DNA from: Bdellovibrionales bacterium
GTDB taxonomy: Bacteria > Bdellovibrionota > Bdellovibrionia > Bdellovibrionales > UBA1609
Assembly: GCA_965200875.1 (NCBI GenBank)
Contig: OZ241456.1
Location: 704,001-768,000, forward strand
Reading direction: 5' to 3'
DNA length: 64,000 bases
Below the pieces are notes generated by a model that was not told where the DNA came from, searched no databases, and worked only from the letters and a program-made list of their open reading frames with translations. A program made the position numbers and the translations under genes. Positions 50,767-60,445 of this stretch are shown piece after piece; positions within the stretch are counted from its first letter, which is position 1; every line of letters starts with the position of its first letter.

Positions 50767-52098
50767 CTACTGATAAATCCTGTAATGAAGAGATGCTCTT
50801 GTTTGTTCTTTCCTGTCTTTTTTTGCTTGTTGGTTGTACTCGTAAACTTTGAGAAGTTCACTTTTTTCCAAAAGATTTGTCACTAAAACTTCTGTTGCTT
50901 CGTATCCTTTTTCCAAATATATTGCTCCCAGTAAAAAATAAAAGCTATCATATAAGTTTCTTTCTTTCAGCGGTTTTTTATTCAGCACTTCAATAATAGC
51001 CAGCTGAAGCTTATCTGGCAAGTTACTCAACTCAATAAAATTCTTTAAAAGTTTCTTTCTTTTAATCAAATCTTTTGGCTTGTAATAAATATGTTGCTCC
51101 AATAACACACTAGCCAAATGCAAATTAAAAACAGCATGTCCTAGGAAATTTAGACGATTATAATGAAAGTTATAAGAGGAGAAATTAAGAAGGTTCATTC
51201 CACTCAGACCGGGGAATTTTATTGTCAATGGTTGGCTGGAAGGAGGATGTTTTGTCGGCATGAGGGAAGTGGTTATATTCAGTTTATTTAAAGTGTCCAG
51301 AGCTGCCATCTGCATGGCTGTTTTTTTTCTTGTTCCTTTCCCTGAACCCATAAATTTATTACCTATTCGAACTGTTGCAAAAAATATGGTATTATGCGAA
51401 GGGTCTTTTATTTCTGTTATTTCGTAAACCGGGTTTTCTTGAAATCTTTTTGAAGTTACCTCAGACAGAAATATTATATAATTTCTTCCAGGTTTGGATA
51501 AATTGACCAATCTAAGAACTAATTTCTTTGCTTCTCTATATCCTCCATCCAAATATACTGCTCCCACCAAAGCTTCCAAAAAATCAGCTAAAGTTAAATA
51601 TGGGTCTTGTGTTTCATTATACCGTACATTATTGGCTCGTGCTCGAATATCCCGATCCAAAATATGTTGATCTAATTTTAAAGTAAGAGCCCACTCTGCG
51701 AAAACATGGTTACTTACTAGGAACGACCAGATGTCATACAACTGTTTTTTATTGGCACGGGGATATCTCCTCACTAGCAGTTCCGCCACAAATAAACCAA
51801 AGACTGCATCTCCTAAAAACTCCAAAGAGTTATGTTTATAATAGGTTTTCAAATTTAATCTATTTCGTCGGGTTAAGACTCTGAGTTTTAGCTTTTGATT
51901 TTTAAAAGAATATCCAAAACTTCTTTCCAGAGAAGTATTTTGAATCGAATTTTCTTTTAAGGTATCATCCTTTGGAAAAGAAAAGCCTTCAGAACATTTA
52001 CCTCCTTTGATTTTAGTGCCAAAGGACTGAAAACCACTAAATAGAAATGTCCCGATTAGAATAAACTTTAAATAGCTGTTGATCTTTATTGTCTGCAT
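50767..52098 (-). CDS. rnc: Ribonuclease III-family protein: signal-like leader, RNase III domain, dsRBD, second degenerate RNase III domain
   Basis: LEFLGDAV and LADFLEALVGAVYLDGG; dsRBD GSGKGTRKKTAMQMAA; second RLNFLGHAV / YDSFYFLLGAIYLEKG. Confidence 0.75.
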   Translation of the reverse strand: MQTIKINSYLKFILIGTFLFSGFQSFGTKIKGGKCSEGFSFPKDDTLKENSIQNTSLERSFGYSFKNQKLKLRVLTRRNRLNLKTYYKHNSLEFLGDAVFGLFVAELLVRRYPRANKKQLYDIWSFLVSNHVFAEWALTLKLDQHILDRDIRARANNVRYNETQDPYLTLADFLEALVGAVYLDGGYREAKKLVLRLVNLSKPGRNYIIFLSEVTSKRFQENPVYEITEIKDPSHNTIFFATVRIGNKFMGSGKGTRKKTAMQMAALDTLNKLNITTSLMPTKHPPSSQPLTIKFPGLSGMNLLNFSSYNFHYNRLNFLGHAVFNLHLASVLLEQHIYYKPKDLIKRKKLLKNFIELSNLPDKLQLAIIEVLNKKPLKERNLYDSFYFLLGAIYLEKGYEATEVLVTNLLEKSELLKVYEYNQQAKKDRKEQTRASLHYRIYQ

Positions 52099-52211
52099 TT
52101 GTTCGCCTTTATGTGCTTTTTCTATAAATCCAACAAACCTTAAAAATATTTTTTTCTGTTGTAAATAAATTTTATAGTTATTGTAATACTTTCATACTTT
52201 GCGATCGTATC

Positions 52212-52443
52212 TAGTGGCCTGTGGAAAAGGGTGTTTATATGTACAGCTTATTGCTCATACCTCACCGCTCGGTCTCAAACATGCGTTTTGCCACACCCGC
52301 GTCTTTTAGTCGCGGTGTGCTCAAAGCCGAACTCGCCTCAAGGTCGAGTATGAGCAATAAGCTTTTTACATCTTTCATTTTTTTGGCTTTCAGTCCCTTT
52401 CAGGCGGTAATCAAGGAAAATAACATACTTTTTTACGGGCCTG
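52212..52443 (-). mobile_element. Composite repeat: family B ends enclosing a family A hairpin core (52245-52363)
   Basis: Core matches 8531-8614 in reverse; 52384-52440 matches 62640-62695 in reverse; left end TAGTGGCCTGTGGAAAA. Confidence 0.7.
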
Positions 52444-52715
52444 TAAATAGCTTTTGTCCTGTTTTTTGGTCTAAATGGCCGGGAAAAAGCTGTTAACGCG
52501 TTGTGATCACTTGATTTTTTTATAAAAACCCTTTTTCGCCATTGTTACTGGTCAGTTAGCTGGCGACTGGTTTTGAAGTGATTATTGATTTTTATCAGCA
52601 CTTGGAATGAAGTTGCTTGTGGAGTATATTCAATCAACATATAATGAAGTTGCAAAAACAGTGCAGAGAGGTCGGAATAAGCACAGTATATTCAATCAAT
52701 ATATAATGAAATGAA

Positions 52716-53921
52716 GTGACAAAAACATTGGTTTCTAAGAGTTATAAAGTGAAAATTAAAAATTGGGAAACAATAAAAACTTTATCCACAGCGATTATGT
52801 TTATCGGTGTAGTGGCTTTTGTTATAGCTTTATTCACTGGTTTTCAGGAAAGAGCTTGGCATGCTTATTTGTTGTCCTATTTTTATTTTATATTGCTCTC
52901 TTTGGGGGGGGTGTTTTTTGTAAGTGTTCAGCATGCGACTCAAGCAGGTTGGAGTGTGAGCGTGCGACGGCTTTCCGAGGCTTTAACGGCCTATCTTCCT
53001 CTGGCTTGTGTGTTAACTTTACCTCTCATTTATGGGGCTTTTTCCCTTTATGACTGGTTGTCGGCGGATAAAGTCGCAAAAGATCCTCTTTTGGTGCATA
53101 AAGCTCCTTATTTAAATTTGCCGTTTTTTCTAATTCGTTTGGGTATATTTTTTGCTGGCTGGATTTTCTTCTCTAAAATTTTGACTTCTTTTTCTCTTAA
53201 GCAGGATCGGGATGGAGACGCAAAGTGGACACACAAGAGCGTAAAGTATTCTGTATTATTTCTTTTGTTTTTTACTTTTTCTCTTTCTTTGTTCAGTGTG
53301 GATTTGCTGATGAGTCTGGACGCACACTGGTTTTCCACTATTTTTGGGGTGTATGTTTTTGCAGGGTTATTTCAGTCTGTGTTTGCCGTACTGATCTTAC
53401 TGAGTGCGTGGTTGATTCAACAAGAAGGAGATTATCAAAAGTGGATTAATGAAAACCATCTTCATGATCTGGGGAAATTTCTGTTTGCCGCTACAGTGTT
53501 TTGGGCCTACATTGCTTTTAGCCAATATATGCTGATTTGGTATGCTAACCTGCCAGAGGAAACCACTTTTTTTGTTTCCCGTTCAAAAGGTGTGTGGGCT
53601 GGAGTGTCTGTTGCTCTTATTTTGTTTAAATTCATTGTGCCATTTTTAATACTTTTACCTCGTTGGGTGAAAAGAAAATGGGAAACTATGGTTGCTATTG
53701 CTGGTTTGATTTTGGTTATGCAGTTTGTGGATCTTTACTGGTTGATTTATCCACATTTTAATTCGGCTTTTCCGCGTTTTGGCTGGTTGGAGATATGTGT
53801 ATTTTTGTTTTTTTCTTCAGTGTTTATTCGTTCTGTGTTGACTTTCCTGCAAAAACACTCTCCAGTACCTTTAAAAGATCCGCGCAGGAAAGAATCTCTT
53901 TCCCACCATGTCACTTATTAA
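52716..53921 (+). CDS. actF: Alternative complex III subunit ActF-like membrane protein
   Basis: WSVSVRRLSE, MSLDAHWFSTIFG, HLHDLGKFLF, FWAYIAFSQYMLIWYANLPEE. Confidence 0.82.
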   Translation: MTKTLVSKSYKVKIKNWETIKTLSTAIMFIGVVAFVIALFTGFQERAWHAYLLSYFYFILLSLGGVFFVSVQHATQAGWSVSVRRLSEALTAYLPLACVLTLPLIYGAFSLYDWLSADKVAKDPLLVHKAPYLNLPFFLIRLGIFFAGWIFFSKILTSFSLKQDRDGDAKWTHKSVKYSVLFLLFFTFSLSLFSVDLLMSLDAHWFSTIFGVYVFAGLFQSVFAVLILLSAWLIQQEGDYQKWINENHLHDLGKFLFAATVFWAYIAFSQYMLIWYANLPEETTFFVSRSKGVWAGVSVALILFKFIVPFLILLPRWVKRKWETMVAIAGLILVMQFVDLYWLIYPHFNSAFPRFGWLEICVFLFFSSVFIRSVLTFLQKHSPVPLKDPRRKESLSHHVTY

Positions 53922-54284
53922 AAGAAGTATTTTTGAAAACTGGGATAAGCAAGGGTTTATTACAATCCAAAATCTTCCAGCGGTGGAAAATTTAGGGGTA
54001 GGGGGGTGGGTGATTGTAGGACCTTCAGTTTTTCTATAAACCTTTTATTTTCTTGAAAAATGTGTCAATGAAAGAGTTGTTTACTCATATCCAGTTCAGA
54101 AAGAACTAGCTGAAACAACTTAAACAGTCTTGTCTTAAAAACTAGCTTTTTATCCAGTTTTATCTAGCGAGAGGTGTATTTTATCCCCTTCTTTATGATT
54201 TCCTCTTTTTTATTTTTTACAGCTTTCACAGATAGTGTTAAAAGAGATTTGGATAATTAATTCACTGTAAAAAAGGAGTATTTT

Positions 54285-54752
54285 ATGAAAAAATATATTA
54301 AAGGTATTATTTTTTGTTTTTTATTTGTTGTCCAAGGGGGCGTGGCTTCTGCTCATAATTTTAGTCAGGAATCAGGAGATGTTAGATTTGTTTCTACCTA
54401 TGATGTTATTCTTGATTTGCTTGATTTTTCTAAACTAGAGCGACTAGAGGAAGAAGAGCGACAAGAAAGGTTGAATGCTATCGCTAGGTTTTTTGATTGG
54501 TCTCAGGAATCAGGGGAATTTAGATCTGTTTCTACCTATGATGTTATTCTTGATTTGCTTGATTTTTCTAAACTAGAGCGACTAGAGGAAGAAGAGCGAC
54601 AAGAAAGGTTGAATGCTATCGCTAGGTTTTTTGATTGGTCTCAGGAATCAGGGGAATTTAGATCTGTTTCTACCTATGATGTTATTCTTGATTTGCTTCA
54701 GGATTTTGATTTGTCTCAACTAGAGGGTAAGAAAAACTATAAATATAAATAA
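54285..54752 (+). CDS. Secreted protein built from 46-aa (138-bp) tandem repeats
   Basis: Signal peptide ASA/H; repeat units start at 54363, 54501, 54639. Confidence 0.7.
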   Translation: MKKYIKGIIFCFLFVVQGGVASAHNFSQESGDVRFVSTYDVILDLLDFSKLERLEEEERQERLNAIARFFDWSQESGEFRSVSTYDVILDLLDFSKLERLEEEERQERLNAIARFFDWSQESGEFRSVSTYDVILDLLQDFDLSQLEGKKNYKYK

Positions 54753-54932
54753 GTCTGTTGAGGGTATGATTCCCTTTTCTTTTATTCACTTGTTTAAATA
54801 ATAAATAGGTAAGTGTCTCACTGGTTGTCGGGGATCATATCCTCTGTGCTCAAAATTGCTTTTTTGTGCAGTTTTGATCAGAAAAAAAGATGGACACCCC
54901 CCTTTCGCGATGTAAAGTGCCCCCCCATTTCT

Positions 54933-55037
54933 TTATAATTCCCTTTATATTTTCGTGTAAAGATTACACAGGGTTATTTTTTATTTAGTATTTTTCATAA
55001 AACTATGTATATTATTCAGCGAAACAAAAAAGGAGGT
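54933..55037 (+). promoter_or_regulatory. Second copy of the pentapeptide-gene upstream module
   Basis: Near-identical to 1281-1386. Confidence 0.75.
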
Positions 55038-55042
55038 ATTTA

Positions 55043-55576
55043 ATGAGATTGATAATTACTTTACTGTTTTTAAGTTTAGGTTTTTTAAGCTATGGCAACA
55101 GTATTCTCAATAATGTTCATCATTTTAGTAGGAATAAACCAGACTCTATAAAAAAACCACGCGGAAATCCTAAGTGTGTTTTGGAACAGGCAAATTTGCG
55201 CGATGATATTTTGCACATGGCGAATCTGACCGAGAAGGATTTAAGTATGTGTGATTTTAGTTGGGAGAATTTAAGTTATATGGATATGAATGGCGTGAAT
55301 TTGTACGGGGTAAATTTTACCGGCGCGGATTTAAGCTATACAGATTTTACAGGTGCTAATTTGAAATGGGTGGATTTAATTGTGGCAAATTTGAAAGGGG
55401 CAAATTTTACCGGTGCAGATTTAAGGTGGGTAAGTTTGACCGGGGAGCATTTGCACGAAGCGATTTTTACTGGTGCGAAAGTTGATCCGCGTTTGGGTGA
55501 TTATTTAACCTCACAAGGTATAAGTGGTTTTGTTGTTGTTGAAAACGACCCTGCAGAAAACATAATAAATGAATAA
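55043..55576 (+). CDS. Secreted pentapeptide-repeat protein
   Basis: Family signal peptide, repeats and C-cap; alternative N-cap. Confidence 0.9.
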   Translation: MRLIITLLFLSLGFLSYGNSILNNVHHFSRNKPDSIKKPRGNPKCVLEQANLRDDILHMANLTEKDLSMCDFSWENLSYMDMNGVNLYGVNFTGADLSYTDFTGANLKWVDLIVANLKGANFTGADLRWVSLTGEHLHEAIFTGAKVDPRLGDYLTSQGISGFVVVENDPAENIINE

Positions 55577-55606
55577 ACACTTTACTGTCTAGGAGGTAGA
55601 TAAATA

Positions 55607-56500
55607 ATGAAAATAATCATTGCTTTATTCTTTTTAAGCTTAGGTGCTTTGAGCTATGGCCAGAATGAGTCTGAGACTACCTGTAATATTAATAATTATC
55701 AAGACTATATCTATACGCCCGGAGAGCATCAGTGCGATTTGCGAGGCGTGGATTTTAGCGGGGCGAATTTGAGCCATGCAAATTTTTTTAGGGCGAGTTT
55801 ACGAGGTGCGAATTTTAGCAATGCGAATTTGCAAGGGGCAAATTTTCAGGGTGCGTATTTGGATCATGTAGTTTTTCACAAGGCGATTTTGAACTTTGCA
55901 AATTTTCAGGGTGCGTATTTGCTCTTAACGGATTTGTCCGGGGCGAGTACGCTCAACGCGAATTTTCGCGAGGCGAATTTTTACTATGCGAATTTGAACA
56001 GAACAATTGTGCGATGGGCGAATTTTCAGGGTGCGTATTTGCGAGATGCGGATTTACGAGGGGTGATTTTTTACTATGCGGATTTTAGAGGAGCGGATCT
56101 GCGCGAGGCGAAAGTGAGACCACCCTTGGCGGATTATTTAACCTCACAAGGTGTAAGTGGTTTTGTTGTTGTAGATTTTGAACAAAAAAATATAGAAGAA
56201 CCAGAAAACACAAATCAACAAATCAAAGTTATCCATATGAGTATTTTTGATAAGATTAAGGAAATAGAAAATCCAGAGGCACGCGCCCTATCGCAGGTGT
56301 TTGTACTCAAGATTCTTGATAAGATTAAGGAAATAGAAAATCCAGAGGCACGCGCCCTATTGTTGTCTTGGGTACTTGATGATCTTTATGAGATTAAGGA
56401 ACAAAAAAACCGGCTTAGTCGCCAAAATCAACTGATGTTAATTCAAACAACATTGGATCGTTCTTTGGCTACTGTAACCCAGCTTGAAAAGGAAGAATAA
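55607..56500 (+). CDS. Secreted pentapeptide-repeat protein with C-terminal helical extension
   Basis: Family caps; extension contains DKIKEIENPEARAL twice. Confidence 0.9.
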   Translation: MKIIIALFFLSLGALSYGQNESETTCNINNYQDYIYTPGEHQCDLRGVDFSGANLSHANFFRASLRGANFSNANLQGANFQGAYLDHVVFHKAILNFANFQGAYLLLTDLSGASTLNANFREANFYYANLNRTIVRWANFQGAYLRDADLRGVIFYYADFRGADLREAKVRPPLADYLTSQGVSGFVVVDFEQKNIEEPENTNQQIKVIHMSIFDKIKEIENPEARALSQVFVLKILDKIKEIENPEARALLLSWVLDDLYEIKEQKNRLSRQNQLMLIQTTLDRSLATVTQLEKEE

Positions 56501-56501
56501 A

Positions 56502-57206
56502 ATGAAATTAATAATTAATTTACTATTTTTAAGTTTAGGTTTTTTAAGCTATGGCCAGAATGAATCTGAGACTACCTGTAATATTGATAATTATCGAGAT
56601 TATATCTATACTCCCGGCTTGCATCAGTGCGATTTATCCGAGGCAGATTTTATCCTTGATGAGACTTTGCACCGTGCGAATTTTAGCGGAGCAAATTTAG
56701 TCGAGGCAAATTTTCAAGGTGCGGATTTAGTCGAGGCAAATTTTCAAGGTGCGGATTTAGTCGGTGCGGATTTTTATAAGGCGGATCTGAGAGGGGCGAA
56801 TTTTAAAGAGGTGTATTTGTATCCGGCGAATCTAATTAATTGGATTTTCAGTAGGACAGATTTTCGTTATGCAAATTTGTCCAAGGCGGATTTTTATAAG
56901 GCAGATTTGCGAGGCGCTGATTTTAGAAGCGCGGATCTGAGAGGGGCGAGTATGCTCTTGGCGGATTTGCGAGGGGCGGATTTTAGAGGAGCGGATCTGT
57001 ACGGAGCGAATTTGTACGGAGCGAAACTTCACACATCGAATCTGATTGAGTATTTGTTGGCCTGGAAGGATTTTCGTTATGCGGATTTTAGTGGGGCGAA
57101 AGTTGATCCAGAATTGGCTAGTTATTTAAAAGAAAAAGGTTTTAGTGGTTTTGTTGTTAGAAAACCACCTAATAAATTAAACACTTTACTGCCTATCAGG
57201 CAGTAG
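56502..57206 (+). CDS. Secreted pentapeptide-repeat protein
   Basis: ATG 56502; family caps. Confidence 0.9.
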   Translation: MKLIINLLFLSLGFLSYGQNESETTCNIDNYRDYIYTPGLHQCDLSEADFILDETLHRANFSGANLVEANFQGADLVEANFQGADLVGADFYKADLRGANFKEVYLYPANLINWIFSRTDFRYANLSKADFYKADLRGADFRSADLRGASMLLADLRGADFRGADLYGANLYGAKLHTSNLIEYLLAWKDFRYADFSGAKVDPELASYLKEKGFSGFVVRKPPNKLNTLLPIRQ

Positions 57207-57308
57207 AATTTCTACTACTCTCTTTTTGGTTTGCGAAAAGCCTGTGTATCTCAGCCGGGCTTTTTCGTTACTAAGGGGCTAAAAGTGCCTTTTTATGCAG
57301 TTTTATGT

Positions 57309-57680
57309 CAGAGAAGTGGCATGGGTGGCTTGTTAGGTGGAAGTGGTGGAAGTTCAGGTATGGGTGGCTTTGGTTTAAGTGGTGGTGGTTCTCTAGGTAC
57401 GGGAGAAGGCAATAACGAGGATTCACCAAAGGGCAATAAGATTTTGCATGGGTACGCTGGTGGCAATTTACAGGCTATGGAGGTGGCGGTGGAAGTATTG
57501 GTCAGAGAGGCCGGAGATTAAAAGGTAGCCCTAAGAAAAAACCACCAAGGAAACCTAGTTTTAAAATTCCTTTGAGTGATCTCTTTCCACCAGGAAAACA
57601 GATGAATCATAAGGTTGGAAAATTTGGCTCTCCACATGACAATATATTTCAGAGGATGAGTAATCGTTATCAGTTCAGTG
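57309..57680 (+). pseudogene. Frameshifted 3' fragment of a Gly-rich exported protein
   Basis: Gly-rich frame continues after a one-base shift near 57468 as TGYGGGGG...HDNIFQRMSNRYQ; no 5' half. Confidence 0.5.
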
Positions 57681-57930
57681 GTTATGCAGAACAAATAAAA
57701 TCACCTGCAAATAAAGTAAGCAAAAGTTATTGTTTGCTTAAAATATCATCCATCTTGGTATTTGTGGCCGATAGAGCTATGTTCAATGATAAAACCTTAA
57801 GATTATGGACAATCTCTCTATTTTTGAATACCATAATTTAATAGAAAATCTGGTTTTAAAACGGCTGGATTTTATTAAGCAATGTGTAAATTTAAGACTT
57901 ATTGTAAAAATACTGATAATATCCAGATAT

Positions 57931-60387
57931 ATGAAAATTAAGGATTTTGCTACTGATAAGTTAGTTAAACTCTCACCAGAGGAGAATGTTAGACAGGAAT
58001 ATGAACGGATCCTGGTGGAGAGTTACGGCTACACAAAATCAGAAATGGAGATTGAGGTTAAAATTCCGCGCGGAACGGGTTATTTTCCGGATCGGGCGGA
58101 CATTTGTGTGTTCAAATCTTCATCTGGCAGAGACCCCACTCAAGATATTCTGGGAATTGTGGAAACCAAGCGTCCAGAAAGAAAAGATGGAATTTCTCAA
58201 CTTAAATCCTATATGACTGCAACATCAGCCATTTGGGGAGTTTGGACAAACGGAGATAATATTTCTTATGTATGTCGCAGACCTGGGAAAACTGATATTT
58301 TGGACGATTATATAAACGATATTCCCTCTAAAGGACAATCCATTAGTGACATTGGGAAAATCAAAAAAGCTGAATTGAAGCCATTTGAGAGGCAACATCT
58401 TAAGAGTGTATTTCGCAGAATTTTAAGAACACTTTACGCAAACACCAATATTAGCCGGCGGGAAAAATTAGGCAATGAAATGATAAAGTTGATTTTTTCC
58501 AAAATTGAGGATGAAAAAACATATTTTAATCGTCTTCCTGATTTTAGAGCATCTGCAGGGGAGCCTCCAATACAGGTGAAGGAAAGAGTATTGAAGCTTT
58601 TTGAACGTGTTAAGAAGGAACTAAAAGATGATGGTGTTTTTTCAGAGTATGAAACTATTACTTTGGATCCAAGATCTGTAGCTTGGGTGGTGGGACAGAT
58701 GGAGCGTAGAAGTCTTTTAAAAACAGATACAGATGTTGTTGGTGACGCTTTTGAAGTTTTTGCAGAGTCTCGCTTGGCAGGTGAAAAAGGAGAGTTTTTT
58801 ACTCCTCGTGGAGTGATTAAGTTGGCGGTGGAGTTAACCAAGCCAAAACCGGAAGAAATAATTTGTGATCCAGCCTGTGGTTCAGGTGGTTTTTTGATAC
58901 AGGCAATGAAATATATTTGGAAAATTATGGAAAAAGAACCTCAATATAAAGACTCGCCAAGGCTCGAAGAACAAAAGAAAAAAATGGCTAGTCGAGTAAT
59001 TTTTGGCATTGATAAAGAGTCAGATCTGGTAAAAATTGCCAAAGCTTATATGGCTATTTCAGGAGATGGGCGAAGCAATGTGCTCCACGAAAATTCCTTA
59101 CATAGTGCAGAGGAGTTTAGTGGTTTTGCCAAAGAAAAGTTTGTTCAGAAAAACAAGTTCAGGACATTTAATGTAATTTTGACAAACCCTCCTTATGGAA
59201 CAAGGACAAAAGTGGCTAAAACGGATACCAAACATTTTGCGCTGGGGCATAAATGGGTGAAAAAGTCGATGGGAGCTTGGGAAAAAAGTGGAACCTTCTG
59301 TGATCGTGATCCGTATGTATTGTTTATTGAACGTTGTCTTGATATGCTTTCAGAGAATGGTCGTCTAGCAATTGTTCTCCCTGAGACTCTTTTTCACGCT
59401 CCAAAGACAGAGTATATAAGACATTTTATTATGAAAAGCACTAGCATTGAAGCCGTTATTGGGTTGCCTCATAATACATTTCGTCCCCACTGCAATGCAA
59501 AAACTTGTCTTTTAATATTAAAAAAAAGAATACGACAGACAAAAAAAGTGGTTATGGCAAATCCAAAGGAAATGGGGCACGATCACAATGGGCATCCTTT
59601 ATTGCACCCTGATACAAAGGAACTGTGGGATGACTTACCGACTGTCATAAAAGAACTATCCTGTCCAGAATCAAAAACCAATAAATTCACTTTTACTGTT
59701 CCTTGGGATAAAATTAAGAAGTCCGGAAATCTTATTCCCTCTTATTATCAAGGCTTAATGTTTACTCCTGAAGTTTGTGAAAATCAAATGAAGGTAAGAA
59801 TAGGTGATCTTGTAGATGAAGGTATACTAGGTGCATGGGATGGACATGGTTCTCCTTCCTCTGAGTCGAAAGGAAGAGGGAGTATTCCATATATCAGAGT
59901 GTCAGATATTGTAAATTGGGAATTATACAGAAATCCTGTTTCAGGAATATCAAAAAATGTTTACGATAAAATGGTAAAAAATAAAAAGAAGCCTAAAGAA
60001 GGTGATATTTTATTTGTGCGAAGGGGAAGCTACAGAATAGGAACTGTGGCAATGGCCAGCTCTAGGGACAGTAATGTGTTATTAACAAGAGAGTTACTTA
60101 CTTTTAGAATATTGAAAACCAATAATCCTTATAAAATCAACTCCTTTTATCTTCTCGCTTTGCTGTCTTCAAAATTTGTGCAGGATCAAATCAACTCAAA
60201 GGTATTTGTTGACACAACATTACCGAATATAGGAGATAGATGGAAAGAACTTATACTTCCCATACATAAAGACACCCGGGAGATTCAGAAAATCAGTGTT
60301 TTAACTGAAAAAAGCATTCGGGCAAAATGGTCAGCGCAAAATATAATTCAGACAATAAGAAATGAAATGGGCGATATCATCACATAA
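57931..60387 (+). CDS. Fused restriction-modification enzyme (HsdR_N-like nuclease, N6-adenine methyltransferase, one TRD; Type IIG-like)
   Basis: PEENVRQ..RADI..IVETK; GEFFTPR, DPACGSGGFL, NPPY; C-terminal IPYIRVSD..GDILFVRRG. Confidence 0.85.
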   Translation: MKIKDFATDKLVKLSPEENVRQEYERILVESYGYTKSEMEIEVKIPRGTGYFPDRADICVFKSSSGRDPTQDILGIVETKRPERKDGISQLKSYMTATSAIWGVWTNGDNISYVCRRPGKTDILDDYINDIPSKGQSISDIGKIKKAELKPFERQHLKSVFRRILRTLYANTNISRREKLGNEMIKLIFSKIEDEKTYFNRLPDFRASAGEPPIQVKERVLKLFERVKKELKDDGVFSEYETITLDPRSVAWVVGQMERRSLLKTDTDVVGDAFEVFAESRLAGEKGEFFTPRGVIKLAVELTKPKPEEIICDPACGSGGFLIQAMKYIWKIMEKEPQYKDSPRLEEQKKKMASRVIFGIDKESDLVKIAKAYMAISGDGRSNVLHENSLHSAEEFSGFAKEKFVQKNKFRTFNVILTNPPYGTRTKVAKTDTKHFALGHKWVKKSMGAWEKSGTFCDRDPYVLFIERCLDMLSENGRLAIVLPETLFHAPKTEYIRHFIMKSTSIEAVIGLPHNTFRPHCNAKTCLLILKKRIRQTKKVVMANPKEMGHDHNGHPLLHPDTKELWDDLPTVIKELSCPESKTNKFTFTVPWDKIKKSGNLIPSYYQGLMFTPEVCENQMKVRIGDLVDEGILGAWDGHGSPSSESKGRGSIPYIRVSDIVNWELYRNPVSGISKNVYDKMVKNKKKPKEGDILFVRRGSYRIGTVAMASSRDSNVLLTRELLTFRILKTNNPYKINSFYLLALLSSKFVQDQINSKVFVDTTLPNIGDRWKELILPIHKDTREIQKISVLTEKSIRAKWSAQNIIQTIRNEMGDIIT

Positions 60388-60445
60388 TTATAATATGACA
60401 GGTATGTTGGATTGTTATGTACTTAAAGAAGGGGGTATAAAAAAA

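Noticed and set aside
52221..52496. 91-aa ORF, and ORFs 8650-8898 and 8702-8938
   Set aside because: They overlie non-coding repeats or structured DNA and show no protein-like motifs
52623..52710. Two 26-bp direct repeats separated by 36 nt, CRISPR-like spacing
   Set aside because: Only two units, no palindrome, no cas genes; the overlapping AATGAAGTTGC duplication suggests local tandem duplication
53995..54012. G-rich tract as a G-quadruplex switch
   Set aside because: Only three separated G runs; no supporting context
1..57206. Diversity-generating retroelement behind pentapeptide or Cys-repeat variation
   Set aside because: No reverse transcriptase in the window and no template/variable pair with adenine-only differences seen
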